Shown piece by piece: positions 40,803 to 41,278 of a DNA stretch of 41,278 bases. Source of the stretch: Parvularia atlantis (Eukaryota). The notes below the pieces were generated by a model. It was not told where the DNA came from. It worked only from the letters and a program-made list of their open reading frames with translations, and did not search any database. Position 1 is the first letter of the stretch, and each line of letters opens with the position of its first letter. Both the position numbers and the translations under genes were made by a program. The DNA is taken from assembly GCA_943704415.1 (NCBI GenBank), contig CALSCO010000776.1, positions 1-41,278 on the forward strand, read 5' to 3'.

Positions 40803-41278
40803 ATGGCCAGCGAGGTCGAGCCGCCCGGTCCGTGTGTGACATGCGCGCGCGCAGCCGCCACCGCTCGGTCGCTCGGTCGCTCACACACAGCGCACGGTGC
40901 AGCGTGCCCGTTCTGCATCGAGGCGCTGGGCGCGGACGCGGGACGGACGCCGTGCCTGCACCCGATCTGCGCGGTGTGCGTGCGCAAGACGACCGACGCA
41001 CGCCGCAAGTGCCTGTTCCTGCTCGGCCTGACGTACTGCCACGCCGAGTTCAGCCGCGCCGACCTGCTCGATCCCGCCGCAGCGACGGCCGATGCGGTGG
41101 CGACGGTGTGCCAGTCGTGCGAGGACGCGCCCGCGACGCACCGCTGCGAGACGTGCGCGACGGACCTGTGCGAGGACGAAGCCAAGACGCACCCGCGCGC
41201 CAAGACGACCAAGGGCCACGTCGTGACGGCCCAGCCCGGCGCGACGACGAGCGTGCCGATGTGCAAGGCGCACCCGGC
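40803..41278 (+). CDS. RING-B-box (TRIM-like) protein, 5' part; runs off the window
   Basis: ATG at 40803 with a probable 63-nt intron at 40828-40890. RING-like CPFC...TPCLHPICAVC...C; B-box1 CQSCEDAPATHRCETCATDLCEDEAKTH...TKGHVV; start of B-box2 MCKAHP. Missing from the ORF track, presumably because it has no stop in the window. Confidence 0.8.
   Translation, partial: MASEVEPPGPCVTCARAAATARSLGRSHTAHGAACPFCIEALGADAGRTPCLHPICAVCVRKTTDARRKCLFLLGLTYCHAEFSRADLLDPAAATADAVATVCQSCEDAPATHRCETCATDLCEDEAKTHPRAKTTKGHVVTAQPGATTSVPMCKAHP

Noticed and set aside
757..40890. Many stop-free introns of 3n length (757-840, 3709-3771, 26013-26069, 29722-29772, 40828-40890)
   Set aside because: About one third of introns are expected to be 3n, and stops are rare at this GC content. 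I cannot show enrichment without a genome-wide count.
1..41278. Transposons, viral insertions, alternative genetic code or selenocysteine recoding
   Set aside because: No transposase, RT or integrase motifs seen. The conserved genes I traced translate with the standard code, and in-frame stops fall within predicted introns.

Overview
Gene-dense, very GC-rich eukaryotic DNA with many short (~45-85 nt) spliceosomal introns, so the six-frame ORF track is mostly fragments or shadow ORFs. I spliced the genes by hand. I read 17 protein-coding genes and one tRNA-Asp(GTC). In order: a PAS-PAS-coiled coil-GATA transcription factor, two tandem 7TM-RGS paralogs, an intronless orphan polytopic membrane protein, a RasGEF, a second (NsdD/Gat2-like) GATA factor, an IBTK-like ankyrin-RCC1-BTB protein, an Lsi2-like silicon/metalloid efflux transporter, COMMD9, a calmodulin/myosin-light-chain-like protein, CCT7, a PLEKHF-like PH-FYVE protein, CHMP2B/Vps2, kinesin-7/CENP-E, fungal-type CHO2, PEX10, tRNA-Asp and the 5' part of a RING-B-box (TRIM-like) gene. 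The mix of fungal-type and animal-type genes suggests (inference) an early-branching opisthokont, for example a nucleariid-like holomycotan. The most interesting signals are: (1) a WC-2-like GATA factor whose second PAS domain closely resembles the PAS-B of animal ARNT/BMAL1, at the head of a 14-kb block of signalling genes; (2) duplicated 7TM-RGS receptors with altered RGS catalytic residues; (3) the Lsi2-like transporter; (4) an unusual splicing code with frequent GC-AG introns, AAG acceptors, and GTGCG...CGCAG self-complementary ends without polypyrimidine tracts. All family calls come from recognising motifs by eye. No searches were run, and exon boundaries are predictions.
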